In this document: positions 27,894-38,353 of the stretch, in pieces | How the letters are laid out: every line of letters starts with the position of its first letter | Position numbering within the stretch: position 1 is the first letter of the stretch | Assembly: GCA_040954595.2 (NCBI GenBank) | Contig: CM082583.2 | Location: forward strand, 1,436,925-1,500,924 | Direction of reading: 5' to 3' | DNA length: 64,000 nt | Source: Balanoglossus misakiensis | Lineage: Eukaryota > Animalia > Hemichordata | Translations under genes and position numbers: made by a program | Notes under the pieces: generated by a model | Databases searched by the model: none | The model's input: only the letters and a program-made list of their open reading frames with translations | What the model was told of the DNA's origin: nothing

Positions 27894-28065
27894 GCTTACA
27901 TGTGTTATGCATGACTTTGGTCCTTGTCCAATTTCTTTATCTTTACCTTGGCCTTGACTGGTTTCCTAGTCAGGAGTCTGGTTTCTGTCGAGTTCCATTT
28001 GGTTAGTATTTCTTGCCCGCATTTTTCCGTTTCTGGCTGGTAATTGTTCTATTTGTTGCGACGTT

Positions 28066-28995
28066 TCATTGTAGCCGAAGACCACTTTCCCCTCGTCTGA
28101 AACAGCGACAGGTTTGTCGTATTTGAGCCACGCCTTGGTCCCCTTGGTTGATAAGTTCTCTTCTTTTGGCTAGAAGTTTGTTCCGGATAAGACGAGTACG
28201 TGGCATGAAGTCTTCGTCGATGCTGACACCTGTGTCTTTCAGTTTGAATGCGTTACGCAAAACTTGTTCTTTGTCTTTGAAAAGCGAAAACATGGCGATG
28301 ATGGGTCTACAACCTTTGACCGTTCCATAAAGTCGATGAGCGCGTTCAATAATAAACGTACCTGACAGACCCAGTTTTGTTTCTATTACTTCTTTAACTT
28401 TGGCTTCTGATGTCTCCCAATCCTCGTTTTCGCTTTCTTGCTCTATACCTCTGAAAATTAGGTTACAGCGTCTTGATCTATTTCCCAAGTCGTCATAATT
28501 CTTCCGCATTTCTCGAAGTTCCTGTTTTGTTCGCGTAAGTTCGTCTCTGCACTTTCTAAATTCGCTGTTGTTGATGTTGTCTTCTATGTTATCAATTCTT
28601 TTCGTGTTTTCTTCTACTGTTTCTCTAAATTCATCCAAGGTGTCTTCAATGTTGCCCATTCTGGTTTCAACTTTGTCAAATCTTGCCTTAATCTCCTTAC
28701 AGTCAGTTGCTACTTCGTCGATTTTTTCCAGGATTTTGGTGATGTCGTCTTTGGTTATAGGGTTCTTTGAACGCGTTTGCATTGGGCTTTTGGGCCCCGG
28801 GTTGGTTTCCACATCGCCTGCCAGAACTAGCAGAAGCAGGAGGGACAAACGTATTGCCACGCTGGCATGGAGCTTATTGTTCGACTGTGCATAATTTGCA
28901 TATGTAATCTGACTTGCCGTTCCTTTGCCAATGTTTCCTCCAGCAAAACATCCGATTCTCAGTCTGTACAAATCCAAATGGATGCCCATTTTCAC
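28066..28995 (-). CDS. LINE ORF1: leader, 2A peptide, coiled coil and L1-ORF1-type RRM; probable frameshift near the C-terminus
   Basis: LLLLLVLAGDVETNPGP; heptad region; NRSRRCNLIFRGI, IERAHR, RPIIAMF, KLKDTGVSIDEDF. Continues in the +1 frame as TKAWLKYDK... to TAG at 27966-27968. Confidence 0.9.
   Translation of the reverse strand: MKMGIHLDLYRLRIGCFAGGNIGKGTASQITYANYAQSNNKLHASVAIRLSLLLLLVLAGDVETNPGPKSPMQTRSKNPITKDDITKILEKIDEVATDCKEIKARFDKVETRMGNIEDTLDEFRETVEENTKRIDNIEDNINNSEFRKCRDELTRTKQELREMRKNYDDLGNRSRRCNLIFRGIEQESENEDWETSEAKVKEVIETKLGLSGTFIIERAHRLYGTVKGCRPIIAMFSLFKDKEQVLRNAFKLKDTGVSIDEDFMPRTRLIRNKLLAKRRELINQGDQGVAQIRQTCRCFRRGESGLRLQ
28792..28818 (-). other. 2A/StopGo ribosome-skipping motif GDVETNPGP
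   Basis: Matches the consensus D(V/I)ExNPGP with a Leu-rich upstream helix. Confidence 0.9.
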
Positions 28996-30716
28996 GAATT
29001 GGTGTCTCGCTGTATTGCTGAGTGTCTGCCCACCAGTATTTGTTCACCAAAGAGTCGCCTAATGCTTAAAAGGTTGCAAAACTTGGATAGCCACTCGTCA
29101 TTGCAAGTGGACGCTCTCGCCAGGTCACGTGATATCACAGGCAAATTATTCTCTCAATTTGTCATTTCATCCGTTCAGTCATTATTTTTCGTTTCATTTC
29201 AGTTTTTCATTCAAATAATTTGCATGATTTATTTCATTGTTTCACTAAAGTTGATTTTTTAAGCATCTAATTTCTGTATATCCTTACAATATGAAATTGT
29301 GTGTACTCAAATTACTGTCAGTTACACCAATTACCATGTCTAAAATTCTTACAAATGGCTTTGACTACCCCCCCCCACCCCCCACCCCCCCCGGGTATAT
29401 GCAACACCTAACTATAAACAAAAGAGAACAAAAGCCCCATTTTTTTTTTATAATCCAAGTTTAAGCAGTAAGTCATTTAACCCGGCGGCATCAAAAAAAT
29501 AAAGCCACACCACACTTCCTACAGTCCTTTTTTCTGCAGTGGAGGTACAAAGTGCACACAAACGACTGTACCTTAGAAGTCTAGGATGTTCTTATGCAGG
29601 GAGAAACTCTTATGTCCAGTGTCCAGTACAGAACTGAACAAATGAATGATCAAACTCACAGCTCTATAGGAGTATCTTGTATATTTATCACACGTGTATA
29701 CAACATTTTTTTATGGTATGCCTCATATTTGTTTAAAAAAATAGCTCATAAAACTTAACTTTGTGTGGTTTACTGGGAAAACTAGTTCAAAGATATCCGT
29801 AGTGCTGGCCAAATATTTGTGTTCCTACCAGAAAATTATGTTATATGAAATCCAGGTGGCATTGTCAAGTCTTAAAATAAAAGTGCTTAGGAAGGCCATT
29901 GTACTGGTATAGACTCTCTCACAGCCCCTCTCGCTGTTCATGCAGGCTTATAGTCGGATTGCATGGGTCGCTACACAACACCATATGGGGCTTCTCCTTT
30001 GCTAAACAGTTGAGGGCGTGTCAGTGAAGAACCTTGTATGGAAATGTGGGCTGGGAGAGAGTCTGGTACTGGTGGTGCTTATAATGTAGCTACATGTATA
30101 TTGTTAATGGACATTTTCACTCAAAAAGTCAAGAACATGAAAGAAAGATATTTTATTCCAGCAAAAACACTGATTGGTGATGATGTCATTGTCAATTATT
30201 TTAAAACAGTAAGAAAATCCTAGCCCCCCCCCCCCGGAACCTCCCATGTGGCACCCGTCATATATCAACCATTACTTCAAAATACAAAGCAGTCACACAC
30301 TGAATGCAACTGTCAATGATGCCAGTATTGATCATTTGTTTACTTGTCCACTAGCTCATGATCAACTGCCAAAAAGTGTTTGGATGTAGAAACAAGTCTT
30401 TTTCTGCAATAACCATAATAAGTTTGCAAAATCAGTACATGCTCTTGTATAGGGAATTAGCTGGGAGATGTATTAGGCTGGTGAGAGTGGAATATTGATA
30501 GTAAAGTTGAAATCATTCATTATGATGCTTAACTATTGTAACATGGTTAGTTGACCAAAAATCTAGTTATACTGCAGATGTTGCAGTTTCACCATTTTCA
30601 CAAATATTTTCAAGACAACGTAAACTGTAATCATGTAGATCAAACAAATGTGTAAACTTTAGTGAATATTGTTTTTCAATCTTGAGTTATTAAAAGACAA
30701 AGAAATGTATACACAC

Positions 30717-30845
30717 CTTTAACTTGCATTGGTATTCTCTGGCGGCAAGTTTCACCTTGATATTCATCAGTACATTCACAAACAGGATTGCCATCACTGT
30801 CCTTGATGCAAACAGCATTGTTTGAGCAGAACCCTTCACATTTAT
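30717..30845 (-). CDS. Exon: EGF domain
   Basis: DKCEGFCSNNAVCIKDSDGNPVCECTDEYQGETCRQR. Confidence 0.9.
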
Positions 30846-31138
30846 CTAGACACAAGAATAAAATCACAACACATTATTCTACCTGACGAACCATTTGTAT
30901 TAGACAAGAACTAAACCCACTTGCAGATTCATTTCTTACAAACGGAATGGAAGTTGTGTGCTGTCGAACGTTGATTCACTATATATCCACATGTACCGGG
31001 TGAATAACATAAACAGTGTCTTGTATCAAACATAATTAATGGAAAAAGGGCAGCAAGAGAGATACTAAATCAACAGTAGTGTCTACGTTTTAGCTGTACA
31101 TATTTCTGTTGACATTTCAGTTGTAGATAGTTACATAC

Positions 31139-31261
31139 CTGTACAAGTTATTCCATCACCAGTGAAACCAGTTTTGCAAGTGCATTCATATCCTGGTACA
31201 AGATTCCTGCAAGTGCCATTTGGGTGACAGTCATCCAGACCAAGACGACATTCATGTGCAT
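31139..31261 (-). CDS. Exon: calcium-binding-type EGF domain
   Basis: DAHECRLGLDDCHPNGTCRNLVPGYECTCKTGFTGDGITCT. Confidence 0.9.
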
Positions 31262-31341
31262 CTAGAAAACAAAAATTCTTGCAATGTCTTTAACTGACCA
31301 CCAAATAAAACTATGGGATCTTCATACATATCACCAGTTAA

Positions 31342-31524
31342 AGGTATACGGTCACCTATGGAAAATTAGCTATAGTTACCATGGCAAAAGGAGATCTAGC
31401 CAATCACAGATTTTCAGTGGGTGGCACATGCAAAAAAGAGCGCCACCATATGTTCTTTAGAACTCTCATATACTCCATTTCAGCCATATATGGGCGTTTG
31501 TAAATTGGAGGTGACTGTATACCT
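31342..31524. mobile_element. Kolobok-like MITE
   Basis: TIR AGGTATACGGTCACCT / AGGTGACTGTATACCT; TTAA on both sides. Confidence 0.8.
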
Positions 31525-31829
31525 TTAAGTTAGATGACTACCCAGATGCAGTGCATGGTTATCACATTCCATAGCCTAACATGTAGAATTCTGAGAAAAC
31601 AGTATTACAATATTGTTATTTCCGTGAAATTTTCAGAAAAGGTGTTAAAAGAGGAGCATTATTAAATTATATAAAAATATTGGATCACACAACATATCAA
31701 ATGATACTCTAAATAAAGAAGAAAATTTCTTATAATGAAGTGTTTGTGTCAGATTGAACAGTTAAGGTTGATCTCCACAAGCACTTCATGCATGTTATCA
31801 GTTCTATGATTATGAAAAATTATTCCTAC

Positions 31830-31991
31830 CATCACATTCTGTTTCATATAGGGCACCCTCTCTGCCTGTAGTGTAGCCAGTTGGGCATGGTTGACAAGCA
31901 TCCTGGTTGAATTCAAAGTTATATGTTCCAACAGGGCATTTCTCACATCTATAGGACTCCTGATTCAAGTACCAACCAACATTGCAGTAAG
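31830..31991 (-). CDS. Exon: ephrin-receptor-like Cys repeat 4
   Basis: YCNVGWYLNQESYRCEKCPVGTYNFEFNQDACQPCPTGYTTGREGALYETEC; 162 nt. Confidence 0.9.
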
Positions 31992-32128
31992 CTGTTGATG
32001 GAATGGAAAAAGAGCATAGAATAAAATTGGAGGACTATCATTATTCTGAACAACTGAGGCACAATAATACAACCTTCAGTTCAGTACAGTTGAGATACAA
32101 CATGAAAAGTTGTATACATAATACTTAC

Positions 32129-32296
32129 AAACATTACAATCTTCACTTAAGGTTGAACCGACTGTTCTTGTGGTGAAGCCAAATGGGCACGGCATACAAG
32201 ATGGCTGAAGTTCAGCATTTGATCGATAGGTTCCCATGGGACACGACTCACAAGACCCATTGACACTAAGTTGGACTCCCACTGATTTACATACCT
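32129..32296 (-). CDS. Exon: ephrin-receptor-like Cys repeat 3
   Basis: CESCPMGTYRSNAELQPSCMPCPFGFTTRTVGSTLSEDC; 168 nt. Confidence 0.9.
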
Positions 32297-32540
32297 CTGT
32301 AATTGAGAAGATTAATTTTTTGATATTCACGATTATCTGCTTTTCACTCACGTGAATTTGTTAAACTGTTGAATATGTTACATATCTGGCGGTTCTAAAG
32401 AAAAAACCTACTCCGAAAAAAGTTTACTGGATGCCGAAATATTGCTTGCCTGTCACTTACAAATGATAACGCCATGGGTACGTCACATGGCCAGATCATG
32501 TGATTGATAGTCAAGAATAGCAAATAACACAAGTACCTAC

Positions 32541-32702
32541 CCTGACATTGTGACTCATCAGTAGCTCCTTCAACTAATGTAAGCATTCCCTTTGGGCAAG
32601 TATTACACACAAACTTTCCTTCTTCTGATTGCCAGAATCCAATGGGGCAGCTTTGGCACTGAGAAGTCCCGTTGTCAAAGTAGTGACCAACATCGCACCT
32701 CT
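32541..32702 (-). CDS. Exon: ephrin-receptor-like Cys repeat 2
   Basis: CDVGHYFDNGTSQCQSCPIGFWQSEEGKFVCNTCPKG; 162 nt. Confidence 0.9.
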
Positions 32703-32962
32703 CTGCAATAGACATCATTGTTGAAAAATTATTTTTTCAACCAAAGAGATGAACATTCCAATTGTCATTCTTTCCATATTGGATCACACCACAATAATTT
32801 GATATATACGTCACAATTCCCGGCAAGGGGTATGGGGTTTTATCGGGCCAGTGGCATGAGTGAGGCTAGACGCTAGTTTTGGAAGCAAAGCGGACAAAAT
32901 ACGGCTAGATACTAGGCTATGACTGTGGACGAGGAGGAGATATTGCCTTCTGTTATACATAC

Positions 32963-33124
32963 CAAAACACTGCAAGATGGATAATGATCTCTTTCCCCTG
33001 GTGACTCCATTATTTGGACAGGCATTGCATGCTGTTTGTCCTTCAAGGGGTTGATAATATCCAATTGCACAAGGATGGCACTGACTCAGCTCAGTGTCAT
33101 GGTACGACCCTTCAGGACACAATA
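32963..33124 (-). CDS. Exon: ephrin-receptor-like (GCC2/GCC3) Cys repeat 1
   Basis: CPEGSYHD..CHPCAIGYYQPLEGQTACNACP; 162 nt, phase 1/1. Confidence 0.9.
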
Positions 33125-33718
33125 CTGTGGAAATACAAAATGTTGAAGGCAGATGTATACATTGTTCATGTACTGATCATTATGCATTAATGGTTTAAAA
33201 CACAACTACAATTGTAACACACAGCATTCATTTTGGCCAGTTTTTCACTCCTGTGTCTACAAGTGGGATTGCAGTTGTGTGTGGTTGAATGTTGATTCAC
33301 TATATATCCACATGTAGAATAACATTAACTGTGTCTTCTATCAAACATAATTAATGGAAAAAGGGCAGCGAGAAAGAGACTTTGTCCCTCCTTGGTATGA
33401 GCATATCAAATCAATTATTTCCTTATATCACCTCTTGGTTGGGTTGTATTTACCACTCACACTTGTCTTTAATTTGTACACTGCGACTCACAACCACACT
33501 CGCAGCAATACGGCCCACCTAACAGGTCATATCAGGCGATATAAACATATTAACATCTACACCTTTTTATAATATTAATTTTGGACACAGTTTTAATCCT
33601 TTCACCACCACGGTTCAGTCCAAACCAATTGTTTTATATGGTAAGGTTTGACCTCTATAGAGGAAACTGGGAGTGAAAGGGTTAAAGTACATAACAACTG
33701 AGGAGTATAGGCACTCAC

Positions 33719-33867
33719 CACATTCTTCTCCAACAAGAACACTACCATTGGAACAGAATATTGTACTTTCAACTTGTAATGTCTCAGCGTCGACCGAATA
33801 TTCAGCTGTATCAAAAGGACCATTCTAGACTGCATCTTCAATAACTACAGCTGCAGCATCAGCAGAG
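33719..33867 (-). CDS. Exon with a premature stop
   Basis: SADAAAVVIEDAV*NGPFDTAEYSVDAETLQVESTIFCSNGSVLVGEEC; phases match both neighbouring exons. Confidence 0.8.
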
Positions 33868-33936
33868 CTAATGGATAAAACAACAGGCAAAACATTCTTA
33901 CATATGCCACATAACAATACCAACCAGAAGTGTGTA

Positions 33937-34144
33937 CTGTAAACTGGGTTGTTTTCACGACAGGAAATTTTCGCGATATTAAAAGAGGCGACTGTTACGT
34001 GAGGACGAATTTTCGAGTTCTCGTATTTCACTAACTGCATCATTATCTCCAAAAACATTTTACATAACTTTTTATTTTAACGTTTTTTTGACCAGCGCAT
34101 GTTTTGCAGAAATTTACTGCTCGCGAAAATAACACGTTTTGCAG
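33937..34144. mobile_element. Tc1/mariner-type MITE
   Basis: TA|CTGTAAACTGGGTTGTTTTCACG ... CGCGAAAATAACACGTTTTGCAG|TA; imperfect TIR with TA flanks. Confidence 0.6.
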
Positions 34145-34435
34145 TATATTTCGAATGCATGAATCTTTAGAATACAGGATGCCGCAACATGAAGGAAGGT
34201 GGGCAGAAATGATGGGGTTGCCAAAAACTGAAAATGTTTGAGTGTTAAGACACAAAATAATTTGTTTTCACTTGCATGAATGGAATATTTTGCAATAATG
34301 CAAACACCAGCTGTATAGGGAATACAGAGCTGGTCCTCACACAGCCTGGGATCAGTACCCTAGACATGTCACCAAAGTCATTTCAATAGAACAGAAGGGG
34401 AATAAAATACTCGAAAAATAACAATTACCACTCAC

Positions 34436-34688
34436 GCATTGGTTGTGAAACTGAACTGAACCACAAGCTGAGTATCAGCCTGTCTCTTTCTTCGGTTTGA
34501 GGCGCCGCAGGTTATTTCAAGGTCATCAAAGTTGCATTCACCGCCACAAATACCAAACAAATCATTCAGATAGTTTATAGTGTTCATAAAACTGATCCTC
34601 AATTGCTGGATGACACCATTGTTACATGTACCAGCCTGTGAATTGTATGACACGCCACAATTCACTCCACGTTGAGTCTTCCCAGGAG
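34436..34688 (-). CDS. Exon with a furin-type RRKR site
   Basis: APGKTQRGVNC...CGGECNFDDLEITCGASNRRKRQADTQLVVQFSFTTNA; canonical splice sites. Confidence 0.85.
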
Positions 34689-35091
34689 CTGCAGTAGAAC
34701 AATACAAACAAACAAATTTTGTTAAAGATGCAATTTTCAATCTAGCGAACGATGTATTGACTTAGACTGCGAAACCGCTTAGCCAATCAGGAAAGTTACA
34801 GCTGCTTACCCAGAACAAAATATTAAGAAAATAGCTCAAATGTACTGGAGCTTTATATTGGGGTAAGCAGATATGATGTTAACAAATTATCTACCTGTAA
34901 TCACAACCTTGACATACTGTAAAGCAAGAATTTGCATTACTCATATTTCTCTTTTCATTTATAACTAAAAGAAAATTGTCTCAATGCTGGAATACCCCCT
35001 CTCACAACTCTCTCTCTTTGGAGAATTTTCTGAATGTGCATGTGCAACCTGATTATATTTCTTTACTGATACCAAATCATTTTTTTCTCAC

Positions 35092-35292
35092 CTGAACATC
35101 CAGGGAAGGTGAATTCCTTGTCTGGATTCTCAGGATTAAAAGATCCTTCACTATGGCAGAGATAGTAAGGTGCTGGCAGGCTTGCAAACTTGTATCCTGG
35201 TAAACAATCCACCTGACAGAACACACCCGACTCAAACTCATTACAGATGGAAATACCTTTAACTGGTGGTGCTGGCTTTTCACAATCAAATG
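35092..35292 (-). CDS. Exon: sushi/CCP-like domain (acceptor reads AT, not AG)
   Basis: FDCEKPAPPVKGISICNEFESGVFCQVDCLPGYKFASLPAPYYLCHSEGSFNPENPDKEFTFPGCS|gtgag. Confidence 0.8.
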
Positions 35293-36348
35293 ATGTAAAA
35301 GAAAGGAGAACACAGTTTATTTGTCTATATATATATATTTTTTATTTTATTTCATCTATCATTCAACAGGCAAATACTACCCAAATGTCTGTGTCTCATA
35401 TATCATCCAACAGGCAAATACTACCCAAATGTCCAGGTCTAGGTAACGAACCCACAACCCTAGCCACTAGTGCACAATGCCTCTTTTACCAGGTTCACAC
35501 AGGGTAAAATTTGAGACACTATTTGCCAGTGCTAACCACAGAGCATTAATCCTTTGAGTCATGTTGTGTCCACACACACAAAGTTTATGTATGGGCGATG
35601 AGGCTCGGCCCCATAGACAATGGGTTGCGGAGAGGTGTTAATCCTTACACCGGCTCAGGTCTGGCTGGCAGAGCCGTCTAAAATCTGAGACGTTTCAGGA
35701 CCACTTACACCGTCCACACATGTTTTTTTAAGACAGTATCAATTCTGAGATGCTTCAGAACTGTCTTAATAGTGTATGTGTGACACCCATATTTATTACA
35801 CAGTCAAATCTTTTAAACAGAACACCAACACATTAACATGTTTCTATGTAAAAGGGACTAGGAAAAGCTGTTGGTTGAAGAGAGGTTTCCCGATTAGACA
35901 GGGTTTGTTTTAGACGGGTTTGAGTGTCCTTGTATGATTGTATGATTTACTGATTAAAGGCCTTGCTCAACAGTTGGTCAAATCTTTTGTTTCCAATAAA
36001 CAATTACGTGCAAACACAAATGCTTTCGAGTTTTAACTTCATTGTACTGCCTTGGGATCGAGGAAAGGGCCTATAAACATATGGTAATAGTATCAGCAAT
36101 TGAGGCTTTAATACTTGGAAGCAAGATCATCTGTCGCACATAGGATGTGCTAGCCATATATGAGTAACGGCCACAAGAATAAACTGTACCAGTATGCTTC
36201 ATACTGACCATAATCTTAGGAAAGTTGTCTCAGCTTGTTGGTTTCTGTTTAGATCAACTCCCCACCCCACCCCGATAAAAAAAAACTTAGTTAGTGTGAA
36301 TGTTATATATTATCTATAATCAGAAATGATATTTTATAGGAAACTTAC

Positions 36349-36489
36349 CCATTGTGTAGGTTTGTGTCACATTGGCAATGGCGACATCATCTGTAAATAT
36401 AGGCTCCTGCCATACTCCTGTTGTCAAGCTATTAGGACTAATTATACGGGTCGTATTGGGACAGTAAATGACTTCAGGAGCGTGTTTAT
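36349..36489 (-). CDS. Exon: HYR domain N-terminal half
   Basis: DKHAPEVIYCPNTTRIISPNSLTTGVWQEPIFTDDVAIANVTQTYTM; canonical splice sites. Confidence 0.85.
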
Positions 36490-36788
36490 CTGAAGAAAAA
36501 AAAGTGAAAGAATAACAAATGTTTGTAAATTAAACAACTGGTCCACACCCCCTATGCATACACTGGTACATTTAGGTAAATGCACTACTAGATGTTAATA
36601 TCTGTCACATATTCATGAGAAATCCAGATATTGTTAAGTGCTTGTTTTCTGATACATGTGAATAGACTAGATCACTGTCAAGAAACACTACAAGATAGGA
36701 CAGGAGTCATGAGATGGTATCCATAGGCATAATAACTGATATGATCAATTACACTCATGATAAGCCTAGTTCTTGGAACAGCAGAAAC

Positions 36789-36885
36789 TGATGATGATGA
36801 TGGTGATGATGATGACGATGATGATGATGATGGTGGTGGTGGTGGTGGTGATGATGATTATGATGATGATGATGGTGATGGTGGT
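36789..36885. repeat. (GAT/GGT)n microsatellite, intronic
   Basis: Direct read; explains the poly-His and poly-Met ORFs. Confidence 0.95.
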
Positions 36886-37227
36886 TGTGAATAGTATCAT
36901 TACATTCAGTGTTAAATACATGTACGGTAGAAACAAAAAGAGTGAGCGATACAGACATGGGCAGATGATGATTCCCTATACTTCCTAAAGTAGGGAGATT
37001 GCAGGCTGTGTGATTGGAGTACAACACACAGCAGCTAGGGGCTGGTGAATGTACACAGGAAAAACTACTCAAAATTTCACACAGTTTTCCCTGGACAGAC
37101 ACAACATTACAAGGAGAGCTGTGTTAAAGTAAGGATTTAGGATTAATCAACTCTGTGAATATGACCCAATTTCTCCTCGTCAGATTATGCATAAAATTGT
37201 TTGATAGTAATGAATAAGGCTATTTAC

Positions 37228-37511
37228 CAACAGGTGTGCATGGTGAACCAGAGTAACCAATTGGGCACCTGGTACTTCCACAAGCTGATGGCTGGATTTT
37301 GACCACACTACCCAATAACTCTTGATCCATTTCAACCCACATGACGTGATTGCCAAGTGGACTTTGTGAACAGTTCAAAGCCAGACTCTGGATTTCAACA
37401 GGAGTCAATACATAATCGTATACATTCATCTGTGTAACATCACCATGGAAGCTAAAATAGTTGTCAAGGAGTCCATTTTCGTCATAGCTTTGACCAAGAA
37501 TTACCATACAG
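37228..37511 (-). CDS. Exon: pentraxin C-terminal half plus short Cys motif
   Basis: VILGQSYD..FSFHGDVTQMNVYDYVLTPVEI..GNHVMW..CPIGYSGSPC. Confidence 0.9.
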
Positions 37512-37914
37512 CTGTTGAAAAACAAGAGAATAATGAATTCATTAAAAGTGCTGGTAAGAAGTTGTCAAAAATAAACTGTGAAAATCAGTATCGTTCCGCA
37601 TAAGTTTGAATTTGAAAGTGCCACGAAGATAGCTTTGCTGATGTCCATAGTTTGCTCCCTTGATTTTTTTGGCCAGTTTTGTTGTAAGTCGCAACATGTT
37701 ATGATGATATTGTATTGTCATGTAGGAGTAAGACAAGCTACCTAGCAGATAAGTTATAAACAAGATAACTGCTTCACAAATAAATGGTTCACTTCTCTTG
37801 AGGCTTGGGAAAACTTGACAGTATAGGAAAATATAGAATTTTAACATGTGATGATGACAATTTTCTATGGCTTTGTAGGAGTTAAAAATGTTCGGAGTTC
37901 CACTAGCAACTTAC

Positions 37915-38115
37915 TTTTCTGAGTCAGCGATACCTGTCCAGGATGGAAGGGGTGATGTTACTGCAACACCATTCAAGTAAACTGCCACAATGCCTTCTTC
38001 AATTACCATGACAACATTATGCCACGAGTTGTCATCTACTGATACGGTTACACCATTTGTACTGACAGATAGACTTCTGTCCAGGACAAGAAGGGTACTA
38101 TCAACTTGGGTTAAG
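37915..38115 (-). CDS. Exon: pentraxin/LamG domain
   Basis: VDDNSWHNVVMVIEEGIVAVYLNG; cag acceptor, gtaag donor; phase 2/2. Confidence 0.8.
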
Positions 38116-38353
38116 CTGCCAAGAAATTCAAAACAGAGATTAGACATAAATCGGTGCATCAGCTGGTACTTTTGGGAAATTATCACACTTTTTTCAAACT
38201 GCACCACCTTTAGCCCATACAGAAGTATGCACTGAACTATGTACAAGTATTATGAACCCTAAGTATGAGTGCATATGCAAGTTTAAACCAGACAAATAAT
38301 AAATCTTCGCCGCAAAGGAATATGGTCGCCACCGTGAGAAAATGCAAAATACA

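Larger units (their letters stand above)
24301..29135 (-). mobile_element. Near full-length APE-type LINE (RTE-X-like), intronic, same strand as the host gene
   Basis: ORF1 plus an open ORF2; 3' end AATAAA followed by (TTA)n at 24301-24319. The 5' end is approximate and no TSD was recognised. Clade inferred from the GVRQGCILSP and LLFADD motifs and the C-terminal LLIEQGR..RLC..ENEYHFLLNC region. Confidence 0.85.
23515..38115 (-). pseudogene. 3' part of an Uninflatable/SVEP1-like single-pass receptor gene, apparently disabled
   Basis: Phase-compatible exons 37915-38115, 37228-37511, 36349-36489, 35092-35292, 34436-34688, 33719-33867, 32963-33124, 32541-32702, 32129-32296, 31830-31991, 31139-31261, 30717-30845, 24132-24228, 23515-23779. 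In-frame TAG at 33825-33827 and an AT acceptor at 35293-35294. Confidence 0.8.

Noticed and set aside
27964-27972. UGA-CUAG readthrough signal between LINE ORF1 and ORF2
   Set aside because: TGACTAG is present, but its TGA is out of frame with ORF2 and meets another stop within a few codons; the in-frame stop is the TAG.
28568-29262. Plus-strand ORFs of 108 and 131 aa
   Set aside because: Antisense shadows of LINE ORF1 and its 5' UTR.
36755-37102. Poly-His and poly-Met ORFs
   Set aside because: Intronic (GAT)n microsatellite.
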